Part shown: positions 1 to 13,850 of the stretch, in pieces
How the letters are laid out: every line of letters begins with the position of its first letter
Numbering within the stretch: position 1 is the stretch's first letter
NCBI GenBank assembly: GCA_050273025.1
Contig: CP158636.1
Span: 6,696,001 to 6,760,000 of the forward strand
Source of the DNA: Cenococcum geophilum
Taxonomy: Eukaryota
Length of the DNA stretch: 64,000 nucleotides
Direction: 5' to 3'
Made by a program: the position numbers and the translations under genes
The notes under the pieces: generated by a model
Seen by the model: only the letters and a program-made list of their open reading frames with translations
Database searches by the model: none
Told to the model about the DNA's origin: nothing

Positions 1-99
1 CCAGTTATTATTTCTTATTAACTATTATTACTTGCATTTCCTACACACCTAGCCTAATAATAGGACCTACCGTAGTTCTTGCTACAAGGTTCTATTACA
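1..99 (+). repeat. 3' part of the 5' LTR of Gypsy A1
   Basis: Near-identical to 29162-29261; ends in ...ttaca. Confidence 0.92.
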
Positions 100-145
100 T
101 AATTACTACCTATTTATAGTATTAAATAATAGTAAGTCGGACAAC

Positions 146-3100
146 ATGCCACTGAAAGCAGCCACTATAACGCTATTGACGGTAGCAACTACTTTAAGGT
201 TAGATAACGACACTAGCATAGCAGATACTGACTTATAGCAACCTATAACGGTTAAACAACTACAAGAGATAGTTAACCAGCTAACAGAAAATAACGCGAC
301 ATTGAAAAATAGGATTAATAGGATAGGCGCAGTAAAGGTTAAGTTACTATCGATTTAAAGATTCTTAGGAGAGAGATTAAAGCTTAAAGGATTCCTTACG
401 CAAATGCACTTTAAGGTAGCGCAAGAGGGAGCTAAGCTAGTAACACCTATGGATTAAATAGCGTACGCAGAATTGTTCTTAACAGGAAGGGTATTTAAAT
501 AGTTTAAGCCTTACCTTACAGAAATCTAGGTAAATGGAATGACAACTACGAACTAAGAGGTACGGTTTATATTCTTAAGCTAGAATGGATTTATAGAACG
601 ACTTATATAAATATTTAGAGACCTAAAGGCAGTAACTACGGCGGAAAGAAAACTCTAAAATATTATATAATAAACCTTAGCAATTAAGTATATAACGCAG
701 TTCTAGACGTTAGTAATATAAGTAGAGTAGAATAATAGGGCGCTTATAGCACAGTATAAACAAGGACTTAAGGCTAAAGTTTAGAACGTAATTATTCTAA
801 TAGAAGATGCGGACACCCTAAAGGAACTAATAGATTAAGCGATTAAGATTAATAATCGGATCTACTAAAGGGAACAGACTAAGTAAGGTTAGGATAGAGT
901 TTTATAGTCGTATAAGGCGTAGAGTATATAATAACTAAAGCTAAGTTAAAAACCATGGTATGGCGTAGAGCTAATAGACCTAAGTAGTACTAAAGAAGCC
1001 TATAAGAGATGGAGTAAGAAACTATAGAAACCCAGAGGATAAGGATTAAGTAATTAAAGGTCTAAGGAGTAGAGGCTAAATTAGGGATCTTAGTAGCAGA
1101 AGATATTTAGGCGGACTCTATAGTAAGAAAAATGGTTTAGAGAAGGAGCTTATATAAATTATAGAAAACAGGGTTATTTTGTAAGGGATTGCAGAGATAG
1201 TTAGAAGTACTATATAATAAAGGGAACTAGACTAACGGCAGACGATATATATATATAGAGGGATAATAATATACTACGAGGAATAAAAGAGTGTTTAATT
1301 AAAAGTTTTACGTTTTGTTATAATAACGTATGCCGAATTTATAAGGATGCTAAGTATAGCGTAAGCTACTAGCTATAGGAGCCAGTACTTATAGGATATA
1401 GAGGAACTAATAAACTAGTTCGCAGATCGGATATTAAGGACGATAACTTTAATATAGGCGAAACATTTCGTAATAATAAGGCAATAAGGGCGGTTTATTA
1501 GGAATACGTAGCCATCGGAGATGTTATACTAAAGGTAGAGGATAATTCCACTATAGAATAGGGAATATTAGTAGGGATTAAGACCCTACTAGATACGATA
1601 TCTATCGCTTCGCGAGATGTAAGAGAAGTAGGACAGCGAACTACTTTGGCACTTGGTAAAGGCAAAAGGCCATAGGCTTAAGATTCTTAAGATAAGATAA
1701 GAGACGATTAAGATTCTTAAAACAAGATAAGAGATGACTAAGATTCTTAAGACGAGATAAGGTAAGCTTAAGAACCTATAATAGACAACAACTAATAGAG
1801 CAGAGCAGCGGCTTAGTTTAAAGATATACGAATAAGCTTAGGACGAAGTTTCCTATAGGTATAAGACTCTTAAGACGAGATAAGTAAGATTTAAGACTCT
1901 TAAGACGAGATAAGAATACTAAGTAAGCCTAGTTAGACTAAGGCTAGAGCTAGGCTTAAGTTAGAAGTAAGCTTAGGATTAAAGAATTTAAGGGGCTAAG
2001 AATTTGGAGAATAAATTAGGACACCTATAGATAAGAAGTAAGGAGCTTCTTTATAGATTAGAGAATCTGTAATATAAATAGCAACTAGACTAAGAGACAG
2101 ACACATAAACCTAAAAGATTTACTAGTAAAATATAGTGTTTAGACTAAAGATTAAAAAGTTAATATTAAGATTAAAAAGTAAAAGAACTTTAAGGATTAG
2201 AGCGTAAGACGCAAACTAAAAGAAACTATAAAAGAATTTAGGCAAAGAATTATTGTATAGTAAGAACAGAAACTAGATAAGAGATCTAGTATATTAGGAC
2301 GTATAAGGGACAGAGCACTAGTACGAAGAATTACTAATAGGCCTAGGGTAGGTATATTAAGAGCTAAGTAGCTTACTAAACTGGAAAATAAAAAGGATCT
2401 AGGGATCCCTACTAGGTTTAAAGAATAATATATAAAGGGCTATTATAATATAGTAATAAGAAGATACTTCCTTATAGATAAGCCGTATATACTCTAGCAG
2501 CTGTACTAAAAGTAGTATCGGCAGAGACATAATAATAAGTGGGAAGATTTCTATATATAGTTAGACGAAAAAGTTATCTAAGACCACCCGATTATGGAAA
2601 AGGCTATAAATTATATTAAAGGAGCCTTAATTATAATATTAAAGGATCTAGAGGAATAATTAGAGGACTAGAGAAGTAAGAGACGTATCTTAGTACCTAT
2701 AAATAAAATTATAATATTTAGATTAGCATAATAAAGGTTTAAACTTAAGGATAAAGATGAACTAAGAGTTAACCTAAAGCACCTAGCACACTATACGCTA
2801 TTATGGATTATATATGTGGACGATATATATAAGATGCACAAAAATCTAAAGGAAAAAAAATCGGAAATACCCTATAAGGATATATTGGATAATAGATAAG
2901 CAATAATATAGGAATGCTAAGTATATACATAGCTGGCATTTAGTAAAAGTTTAGGAGTTAGGCAACTTAATACTTTAACTAAAAAGATTCCTTATGGAAG
3001 AATGCTTAGACGGATAATAGTGGTGGGAATGCCTAGAGAATACGTGTTTATAGTATATTAAAGATAAAAAGCGAACTAGGTATTAGCTAAAGAGTAAGCC

Positions 3101-3200
3101 AAGTATAATAGGATTAAGCAGCTAATAGTTAGGAAAAGTAGAGGCCTCCGGGACTAGAGGGAGCCAGTAGTAGAGCCTTAGACCCTTAAAGGAATTTAAG
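146..3200 (+). pseudogene. gag: RIP-inactivated gag of Gypsy A1 with a long C-terminal extension
   Basis: ATG at 146; retrotransposon gag-like stretch (FSGERSKLKGFL, AQYKQGLK); zinc knuckle near 1150-1190; further Cys/His motifs and a ~30-bp tandem repeat at 1680-1960. Confidence 0.75.
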
Positions 3201-6126
3201 GATAACACCTAAATTTATAAGTAAAATAGCAAGATTAATAGTTTAAGGCGTTAATAGATAGTGGAGTAATAAGAAACTATATCTTGCTAGTAGCAGTTAA
3301 AAGAATAGGATTACCTTATAGATAGAAGGAGCAACTTTACTTATTAGTAATAATTTTAGGAGATCCAATAGCCTATAGAGGAGGGATTATTAATCTAGAA
3401 ACAGGACCTATTTAGTTAACTATTAAAGGGAGATAAATTGAGATGTCTTTTAATATCCTACTATTAGGAAGGGATAAGGCAGTATTAGGGATGCCTTAGT
3501 TATAGGAATATAATCTAAGGATTAATTAGGTTATAGGTTAAGTTAATATTAGGGATATTTAACGCCGTAAAATGTAATAATAAGCTAAGATGGTATAGTA
3601 CTAAGTTGGAGCGATATATAAAGAGACTAAGTAAGGCTTAAGTTATATACCAAAAAGATACTATAAGTACGGTAAGAAACTATGGTCACTAGAAAGTAAA
3701 AAGCTATTAAATTATGTAATATGGGACTATAAAATAGAATTAGAACTAGGAATAAGTCTAAAGTTCTTTTTAATCTATAAGCTTATTAAGGAAGAGGGTA
3801 GAGCACTAAAAGAGTTTATCTAAGAAAATTTATAAAAGGGATATATTAGACCATCGTAATTATTAGCGGGATATCTAGTACTGTTTGTACTAAAGAAGAA
3901 TAGTAAACTAAGGCTATGCATTAACTATAGATAGTTAAACAGCATTACTAGAAAGGATAGGTATCCTTTACCCTTAATTAGTGAAATTTAAGACAGAATA
4001 GGTAATGCGTAAATCTTTATAAAGATAGATCTAAGATAGGCGTACTATTAGATCTAGATTAAGGAAGGTAATAAATAGAAGGCAGCCTTTAGGTTAAAGG
4101 AAGGACTATATAAACTATTAGTTATGCAATTTAGGCTTATAAATATACTAGTAACGTTCTAAAAGTATATTAATAATATATTAGGAGAACACTTGGATGA
4201 ATTTATTATAGTATACTTTAATAATATTATTATCTACTTAATAACTAAGAAAGAATATAGGGAATATGTTAAATAGGTCTTAAAGAGACTATAAGAAGAA
4301 TAGATACTAGTAGCAATTAAGAAATGCAAATTCTTTACTAGGAAGACCAATTTTATTGGATTTATTATTAAACTAGGCCAACTTAGCATAGATCTAAAGA
4401 AGATTGAGGCTATAGTAAATTAGTAGGAACTAGAGAACGTTACGCAGCTAAAATCGTTTTTAGGATTTTGTAATTACTGTAGAAGGTTTATAGCGTAGTA
4501 GTTAAAGGATATTAAACTATTTATATAATTAATAAAGAAAGAAGAACTATAGGTATAGGGGAGAAAGCAATAGAAATTATTTAAAAAAGTTAAAGAGCTA
4601 TTTACCTAGGAGCTAGTTCTTAAGATCTATTAACTAGGACTAGAGACGGTTATAAAAACAGATATATTAGACTATATACTAGGGGTATACTTTATATAGA
4701 AATATTAAGATGGATAGCATCTAGTGGCATACTATAGTCGAAAGATAACACTACTAGAGTTAAACTATAACATCTATAATAAAGAGTTATTAGGTATAGT
4801 TGCAGTATTAAAGAAATAAAAAGCATTCTTATAAGGTATTGAAAAACTATTTATAGTTAAAACGGATTATAAGAACCTAATAGGATTTCTAATAATAAAG
4901 GAACTTAATTAAAGATAAGTTAGATAGGCAGAGATGCTTATAGAATACTATTTTAAGATTTAATATACTAAAGGTACAGATAATACGCGAGCGGATGCTC
5001 TAAGTTAAAAGGCTAAATTATAAAATAATAAAAAGCTATTAGGGGCTTTATTGCGAAAGGATATAGATGGATTAATTAGGTATAATTATCTAAAGATTAT
5101 AGCAACTTAAGAGGAGCTAGAAAAAGTCTATAAGATACTAAAAAGCTTTTAGGTATAAAGAATTCTAGAAGAATAGCTAGAAGATCTATAGATGGATATA
5201 TATAAAAATTAAGAAGTAAAGTATATCCTAAAAAGCATAGCAGAGTAATTTATGGAAGAATTCTATAAGGGATTAACTTAAGGATATAATAGAGCTATAG
5301 GCTTAGTATTAAGACTCTAAAAGGAGTATATTATTAATAGAATCTAGAAGATAGCTAGGAAGGTTATAAAAGAATATCTAGATTACTAAAGGAATAAACT
5401 AATAAGGTATAAGCTATATAGAGGGCTATAACCTATTAAAATACTAGAGAGACTATAGGAAGTTATATCGTAGGACTTTATTATTAAGTTACTAAAGTTA
5501 AGAGACCCTATTATTGGATAAGATTATAATACGATTTTAGTAATAGTAGATAAGCTTATAAAGTAGGGATACTTTATAGCATGTATAGAAGAAATCTTAA
5601 TAGAGAATATCGCTAGAATCTATATTAAAGAAGTATTTATAAGATATAGAGTACTAAGTAAAATTATATTGGATAGAGACCTAAGATTTATAGCAGTATT
5701 TTAGGAGGTATTCTTAGCGGAATAAGAAGTTTAAGTAGTAACTTCTACTGCATATTATCCGCAGACAGATGGTTAAACGGAAAGATTAAATTAGATACTA
5801 AAGCAGTATCTAAGACATTATATTAATTACGTATAGAATAATTAGGTATTATTATTACTAGTTATACAGTTTACATATAATATAATACCTTAAGAAAAAA
5901 TAGGCATATTACTATTTAAGGCAAATTATGGATATAAGCTAAGAATATTGTTATTACTATAATAAGTAAAGAAGATAAGTAGCATAGCTAAAGAAAGAAT
6001 AAAGATATTAATAAATCTTTATATAGACCTTATAGAATTAGTAAAGAAAGTATAGAAAAGAATAAAAAAGTACTATAATGCTAAGAGATTTAAGGGACCA
6101 GATCTTAAGGAGGGAGATAAAGTATA
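3200..6126 (+). pseudogene. pol: RIP-inactivated pol of Gypsy A1 (protease, RT, RNase H, integrase), cut by the 20-kb insertion
   Basis: ALIDSG protease motif ~3250; RT motifs LRLCIDY, DRYPLP, YLDDI; YDKELL in RNase H; YHPQTDGQTER in integrase at ~5755. Confidence 0.93.
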
Positions 6127-6399
6127 CATTGGCAAAATATGGTACCCTACCAATGGCCTTAATAGTTAGTGGTTGACGCAATTGGCGCGCAGTTAAGGGC
6201 ATTTAGCAACTTAACCGACTAGCCTATGTCGTGTTTTTTTAATACGTAGCCTGCGCGTAGCTTACGCGCAACCTACGCGCAACCTACGCGCAACCTACAC
6301 GTAACCTGTAACCACAATTGTATTTAGAGCCATCCACCTCTTTTATACTAACAGTATATTTTAGATAATAAACAAAGGCTACTTTAAAGCTATTTATAA

Positions 6400-8470
6400 G
6401 GCTAGTAAGGTAAATTGTATACACTTCTTTATATAATCTATTATATTGTTTTAAACAATTTAATATAATATCCTAACTATTTTATAATATATTCTAAAAG
6501 CATAAGACCTTTCCTACTCTCCCTATAACAATAATATACTATAAATATTTAGCTTTGCTAATATAGCATATATATATAGCCAAAAAGTAGCTACTAAGAG
6601 TAGCAGATATAGGCCGAAAGAAAGGTAGATTAAGAGCTAGTATATATAATAAAGAAGCCGCAGTTATCCTATAGGAGAGTATAGAAAGTCCTATACCTAA
6701 TCTCCTACTAAAAACTCTACTGGCTCCTTTATACTAGAGTCCAGAGCATATATTATAAACTTTATATACTACTCCTTATTCTTAATTAAATTTAATATTA
6801 CTTTTCTATTACTATACTAGCTATAGCTATCCTCTATAAGGCTATAGTACTGCTTAAATTATGCAAATAACTTATTAGATTTAAACCTTTCCGGCCTAGG
6901 CTTACCGGTTCCTATATTTAGGACAAAGTAGTACACTAGGGCGGAGGATATATATTCTACTAAATCTAACAAACTTAGCTAGTTCTAAAAGTTAAATTAG
7001 CAAATATTATAGTAGTAGTAGGGCCCTAGATTTTCTAGCTTACTTTAGGGCTCTCCCTTTAAGACGGACTTAGCGGACTAGTCTAGCCTACTCTAGAGCT
7101 CTCTATTTGGAATAGACTTAGTAAACTAGTCTAGCCTACTCTAGAGCTCTCCCTTTAAGACAAACTTAGTAGATTAGATGGTATAGCCCGGCTTACTAAT
7201 AAATAGCCTAAGTTAATAATCGCGTTAGTTTTATTATCGCTAAGGCTTATAAAGAACCTCTCTCTTATATTATCGCTTAGATCCGCTATAAGGTCGTTAA
7301 GGTTATCTTTATGCGGGTCCTTAATAATTTCTATAGTTAATTAATCCGGCATTAGGCCTATAGCATATTTAATAACTATGGGCTAAAGCCGCAGCCAGAT
7401 TCTAGATTGCCGTTTTCTAGACATCTGGTTCTAGCTGCCTAAAAGGTTAGCGTAGGCTTCTATAACGGGTTAGAGAATAATAATAGGTAGTAAAATACCG
7501 GATATATACTAACCGCTAATAACAGTGCCATAAAAGTTGTCTATTCCCTTAGACCTAGTTCTATACTCCCTAATTATATAATATATTACTATTAAAACGA
7601 AAGCAATAGTGTTGCCGGTAAGCTTTTTAAACATATTATAAGAGTAGGGTAATTGGGCAAGGCCGTTTCTTCCTCTACTATAAAATATACCAGCTATACT
7701 AGCAACTATCGCGTCGGAACGGAAGCGGTTATTACTTAGCTATTAACTCTTATTAGCATTTTACTAAATAGCACGGGTAAAATACCTTTATATAATCCAG
7801 CGTAATAAAATTATAATTAGTTAGTAGTTCCACAATTAGTTCGGGCGCGTTATTAAACCCTAGCCTATATACCTCCCTTACAACTATATAAGCCTTTATA
7901 ATTACGTAGTTCCTAAAGTTCCCTATTACGTTAAATAGCTATATATAATATTAAGATTGTTAGTGGATAATTTAATACAATATTTCTAGTATATAAATAC
8001 CTTATAAGCGGACACCGGGTCAGGAATACAATTAGCTTTTTTTTGCACTACTTTTAGCTACTTTAAAATAGCTTCTAACTATACCTTTTTCATTATATCC
8101 TTAATAAGGCCTAGAAAGCGGTCGAACTATAGGTTAATAAAATGCCCGTTATAAGTCCTAGAGTTAGTTACTAGCCTTACTAGTAAAATAGACCTACAAA
8201 GCGCAAATATAGGCTCATGTCTCTTAGGTGGGTTTTCTTTTATACGTCGCCGTTATAATATCTAGAGGTACTCTTCTCTTGCCCGTATCGCGGCAGTTAG
8301 GTCAAAATCGTCATAGTCTAACTCGTCCTCACTTTCCCTAGTGCTATCCAGGTCCCCTTTAAATCAAACACTAGATTAGTATACTCTATATTAGAGGGAG
8401 GTCACTTATTTTGTAGACGAAGCTATATTAGGGTTCAGGCGAACACGGCTTACTAGGGAAAATATAAAGC
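6400..8470 (-). pseudogene. Unknown RIP-damaged cargo gene, possibly DUF6532-like
   Basis: Open minus-strand stretch at 7530-7740 reads RFRSDAIVASIAGIFYSRGRNGLAQLPYSYNMFKKLTGNTIAFVLIVIYYIIREYRT; acidic segment near 8300-8350; intron-like breaks. Boundaries approximate. Confidence 0.4.
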
Positions 8471-8829
8471 CAAATATTAGTTATTTACGCGATAAGGTTC
8501 GGATTAGGCGCGTAGGAGAGTATTTTAAACTAGTACGCAATTATTTACGCGGTAAGGTATAGATTAGGCGTATAGAAAAGTATTTCAAACCAATACGCAA
8601 TTATTAAGAGCCGGAGGTATATTACGAAGATGCTGCTTTTTATAGCAGTGGGCGGTTAGATAGTAAAGAGAGTGTTCTATTTACTAGGGCTCGCTAAGTG
8701 CCAAATAGTAGAGGAGACTATTAAGTATTGCAGTTAGACTCCGGTTATACATAAAGGTATAACCTACCTTAACCAAAAGATTGGGACTTTGCGTCTTTAA
8801 CTAAGCTAGTTTTGCTGCCAGATTATTAA

Positions 8830-11620
8830 CAGATTTAATAGATTTATTAATATTTAGTCGCTGTCGTTTTGTAGAAGAAGCAGGTATAGACTCACAGTCA
8901 CTATCCTCATTATTAGAGATTACCCTTTTTAGCCGGAGGCGGCCATATATATTCTATATATTATTAGCCAGCTTAATATATTATATATAACGTTAATAGG
9001 GTCTATTACATACCTGCTCCTCTCTATATTTAGATATAACTAGACCAGAGTCGCTATTCTTATCATTAGATATTACCCTTTTAAGCCGGAGGCGGTTATA
9101 TATATTCTATACATTATCAGCCAGCTTAATATATTATATTCAATATTAACAGGGTCTATTACGTACCTACTCCTCTCCGCGCCCAGATATAACTAAACTA
9201 GAGTTATAATATTGCTTATTCTAGCTGGGTTCTACATACTTGTCCTAGCTAGGTTCTACGTACTTATTCTCCGTCAACGCGTTTTTCCTTCCGTTAGCTA
9301 GGACGTGGGCAACTCCTAGTAGTAGGCTAGGTAGAGACGTAAGGTTAATTATACTAGTTATCCTCATTTCCTTATTCTATATTAACTTAAAGTAGGGTTC
9401 TTGCTACTAGTTTAAGTGTTTAATAACGCGTTTTTATATTTACCTACTATAGTAACACTTTTATATTTGCCTAGTTAGCAGAAGGTATAACTTATAGCTA
9501 AAATGGGTTACCTTACGGCTGTTTTTATAATGTCTAGGGCGTATATAGATTAACAACTTAAAAGAATATATACTGGTATGGTATATATTGGACTAATAGC
9601 AGTATTAGTAGGAGTATTATTGCTATAGTGCTTACAAATAACTTAAATAGGGGTGCATTTATTATAATTAGCTGCTAGTTCTAACCGGTTACAGTTAAGC
9701 CGTAACCGCGACCTATTAACTCGCATTAAGTTAGTAGTTAAGAAAACATTATTGTATAGTTAAAGATTGTCTAATACTATTTACTATTATACGCGAAACT
9801 ATTTTATTCTATTAGCATATCCCTTAGCAGATACGGTATACGTATATAAAAGGTTAAACGTTAATCCCGGCAATAAAAGCAGTAGGCTAGTAAGGCTTAT
9901 GTCTAAATTTAATAGGGAGGTACCTTATTAAACCACTTTACCCACCTAGGGCGCTGGCTTTTAGATCCTATACCTTATTCCAGTCCACTTATACTAGGTT
10001 TAACACCTGTTTCGCGCTTAAAGCGAAGCTTATCCACCTTATCTATATAGCTTACTAGTATAGATAATACTAGGGTAGGCATAGGCGGTATATAGGACAG
10101 CAATCACACTTCTACACAGTTATATCGCTATATTCTATACCCTTATGCAACACCTAGTATTTCTACCGTAAACATCTAACGTCATTCTTCCGCGTTGTTA
10201 ACCCCACCAGCCTATAGTAAGCCCAACTTATCCCCTACATATATATCGTAATAGCAATTAAATTTAGCAAAATAGTAAGGAAAGCGCAAGCATAGATATA
10301 AGGATTGGGTGTTAGATACTAAGAGCGAGCCAGGGACGGTGTTAATATATATTACCCTAACGAGTTTACTAAAAAGAACGGGTACAAACCTTAGGCTTTA
10401 TTATCTAATCCCCTTAGGCGTTTTAAGAATGCCAGATAAGTTATAAGAATATCTTAGGTTACATTATTCTAAGACTCCCTCGCCTAATAGTATACCGAGG
10501 GGCTCTATTAAGCCGTCTACCTTTATATATGGTAATCTATTAAACTAGCAAGCATTCCGGATAAAGCAGTGGCTTTAAGGCGCATAATCCATGCTGCGGT
10601 TATAGTTGCCTTCGCCTTTTCTATTGCGGGTTAAGGCGTAGAGTAAGGGCTCTTTTTTAACTAGGAGAGGTTTTTTAGGACAACTATAGGTTAAGTATCG
10701 CCTTAGTATTAACCCGTTTACTAGTTCTACCTATTCTTATATATATAGAGTGCGAGTTATCTAGTAAAGGCAAGGGTGCGGAAATAAAGGGTAAGTAATT
10801 GTATCATTCTTAGCTGGTAGCGCAGACTGTAAATATAAGTTAGTAACACTGGCTTAACTTTAAGCAGTAACCTACTTGTTTTTCTTTATTCTATTATAAA
10901 TAAAAACCTATCCATTTCTTATAGAAATATATCCTTAACCACACTACGCCATTTCTCTTCGTTTATAAGCTAAATTTGTCCTCTAGCTATCTTATCGCCA
11001 ATATAGTAGTAAAGCGTTTCGCTTTTAGGGTTAAAGTTAATATCCTGGCCTAGCATATCTACAAATATATTAAAGCTTAGATCATTAACGTGTATATCTA
11101 GAGCGTCATTCTTACTAGTCACTAGCTTTCGGGTTAGGATAATTATTGGCTCTTTATTAGCTACCCGCCGGATTAATATTATTATTATTCCATATAACCT
11201 TAGTGTTCCCTCCTACCTTATTACCTTTAGTATGCCAGCTAGTGAATAATACGCGATGGCGGAGTGTAGGAGTACTAGGTTGCCTATTATAATTTACCTA
11301 ATAAGAGCCGTTTTGTTTATTCAACGCGTCGCGTTATAGCTATAGCGCTAGGCAAGCTATTTAATATATTTAGTATATAGGTTCTTGGGTAAACCTAAAA
11401 ACACAGATAGGAATTCGTTGGAGATTTCGTTTAATATTTGCCGTATTTATGCCTTGCTTATAAGGGAGCGTAGTAGCTATCTAAGGAGCCCACGCGTCAA
11501 CATTTTAATTTCAATATTATAGTAGATCGTATTATATTATTCGTTCGTAAGCCCTAGATCTCGCTTAAGAGTGTCTTTAGTGTTATAGCTTAGGTCTGTT
11601 ATTAGTACCATAATTCCAGA
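8830..11620 (-). pseudogene. Unknown RIP-damaged cargo gene(s) with Cys-rich segments
   Basis: Coding-like minus-strand stretches, a ~153-bp tandem duplication (8897-9205) and RIP-reverted Cys clusters near 10100-10300. No family recognised. Confidence 0.3.
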
Positions 11621-11914
11621 AGCGTTGGGGGAGGTGCGGTAGGAAAGACGTCTTAATTACGCGCCAAGACCAATATACAGAATTGTATAGACAGGTATAT
11701 TATTTAGTTATTATATAAAACAATCGGTTAAATATCTTATAAGAAATAAATAAGCGTATTAGCGAACGCTTCTTCACCCGCCACACCACCCAGACTTACA
11801 ACCTCCTATCCCTTTCACGTCTCCGTCTATAAGCTCGATTTAGTACCCAGATTCGTTAATACTTTTTTTTTATATATTTTTTTATATATTCATTATATTA
11901 TACTACGTATAATA

Positions 11915-13140
11915 ATGCGCATATAGCCTCTAGGCTATAGTGCTATAGTTCTATATATATAAATCCTTTCTAGGCAGCTTAATATATACTAGTAACTATA
12001 TTTGCCAATACTTTAAGACACCTAGTTAGCCTATAACTAATAGAGCCTAGTTAGCACAATTGGAGGTCCCGACCTTTACTAAAATACTTAATATCCCTAA
12101 TAAGGGCCAGAATATCATTAGCGAAAACGGAGATATTTTACTACAAGTCAATAAGATCTTAGGTCTATATAGCTTGACGGAGGAGTATCTAAGCTCTTAA
12201 TACAATCTTTTAAGAGAAGACACAATTAAACCGTTAAGAGAAGTAGTAGGTCAAATTAGAGCAAACCCTTTTTAGTTTACCGGAATCTGGATATAGTAAT
12301 AGAGTCGGTATATATAAACAGGTAAACATACCACAATTCCAAAGCAGTTATCCCCTAATATCTGCAAGGTCCATACCAGCTTAGTAATATTTTCACCTTA
12401 AGGGCTAGTAATCTACGTGGCGTTCTTACTTAGGAGAGTAGGGAAGATAATCCGTTAGGATTAGTCGAAAAGACTAGTCACCGGGTCTCTAGTTGCTTTA
12501 ACTCCCGAGACTAATAATTTTCGAACGAAATATATACTTATAATAGTGGCGGCGAGACCATTGGCCGCATTAGAACAGAATCCCCTAAAGGTTAACTTAT
12601 TCTTTAAGACCTAAAGATATTAAAATTGACTTATCCGTATTATAGACAATAGTTAAGGAATAAACTAGATTTTACAAAGTCAGTTGCTATACTATATTAG
12701 CATTACAAAAGCTAATAAGAGAGCCGTAAGTATATAATATTTTCTAAATAAGAAGATATCTAACTACTAATAGATTCCCGTTATTAGAACACCTTATTTA
12801 AGTTTAATAGAATATTAAAGCACTACAATACGTCATAAATAAGCCTTATACGGATCTTAGTTTAATTATAGCTATTAAGGATGCTTCCTTATTTAAGAAT
12901 ATTCACATTCTTAAAGACTAGTCAGATATAATTACTATAGGGCTTAACAAATCTCAAGCTACTATACTGAAACGAGTTCTTATAAAGCGTCTTATAATAA
13001 TCTAAAGACCTCCAAGCACTAGAAAAACGTAGCTTTAAAGGCGTTACTCAGCAATATAACAATAGGAGATCCCTCTGTTATTGTCACATGTTATATAAAC
13101 TATGCGCTAGACTAGTTCTTTAGATATATTGCTTAAAGTA
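11915..13140 (+). pseudogene. Truncated Hrr1/SAD-3/ZNFX1-like SF1 RNA helicase (N-terminal part through motifs I and Ia)
   Basis: Reads EEYLSS(Q)YNLLREDTIKPLRE, SKRLVTGSLVALTP, IVAARPLAALEQNPLKV, then KRL.II(QG)PP(G)T(G)KT at ~12990-13029 and DPSVIVTC..N(H)ALD(Q)F. No continuation seen after ~13140. Confidence 0.8.
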
Positions 13141-13299
13141 ATATATACTTTATAAAATTTCCTAGTACTTCTAACCGTTTTAATACTATCGCTTATACGG
13201 ATAGACGATATTACACTGCATTAGGCGCCAGGGCCATAGGAGTAAGAAGAAGAGGAAGCGTTAGGGCTCCCTCTTTTTATATCTTATATTTTATTTTTT

Positions 13300-13850
13300 T
13301 ATATTATCTTATATTATCCTACCATTATCCTGCCATTGTATTATATTATCCCATATTATCCCATATTATCCTGCCATTATATTACATTATCCTACCATTA
13401 TGTTACATTATCCTGCCATTATATCACATTATCCTACTATTATGTCACATTATCCTGCCATTATGTCACATTATCCTGCCATTATATCATATTGTCCTAT
13501 TATCGCCCTGCCATTATATTATATTATCCTAATATTATCCTACCATTGTCCTGCCATTGTGTTATATTGTCCTATCATTATCCTGCCATTATGTCACATT
13601 ATCCTACCATTATATCACATTATCCTACCATTGTGTCACATTATCCTACCATTATATTATATTATCCTATCATCGCCCTACTATTATGTTATATTATCCT
13701 GACATTATCCTACCATTATCCTACCATTATATTATATTATCCTGTCATTATCCTACCATTATATTATATTGTCCTATTATTATCCTGCCATTATATTATA
13801 TTGTCCTATTATTATCTCATATTATCCTACTATTATCTCAGTACTACTAT
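13300..13850. repeat. Degenerate tandem repeat (attatcctrccattatgtcac-like)
   Basis: Reiterated 11-21-bp motifs; produces the low-complexity ORFs in the track. Confidence 0.9.
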
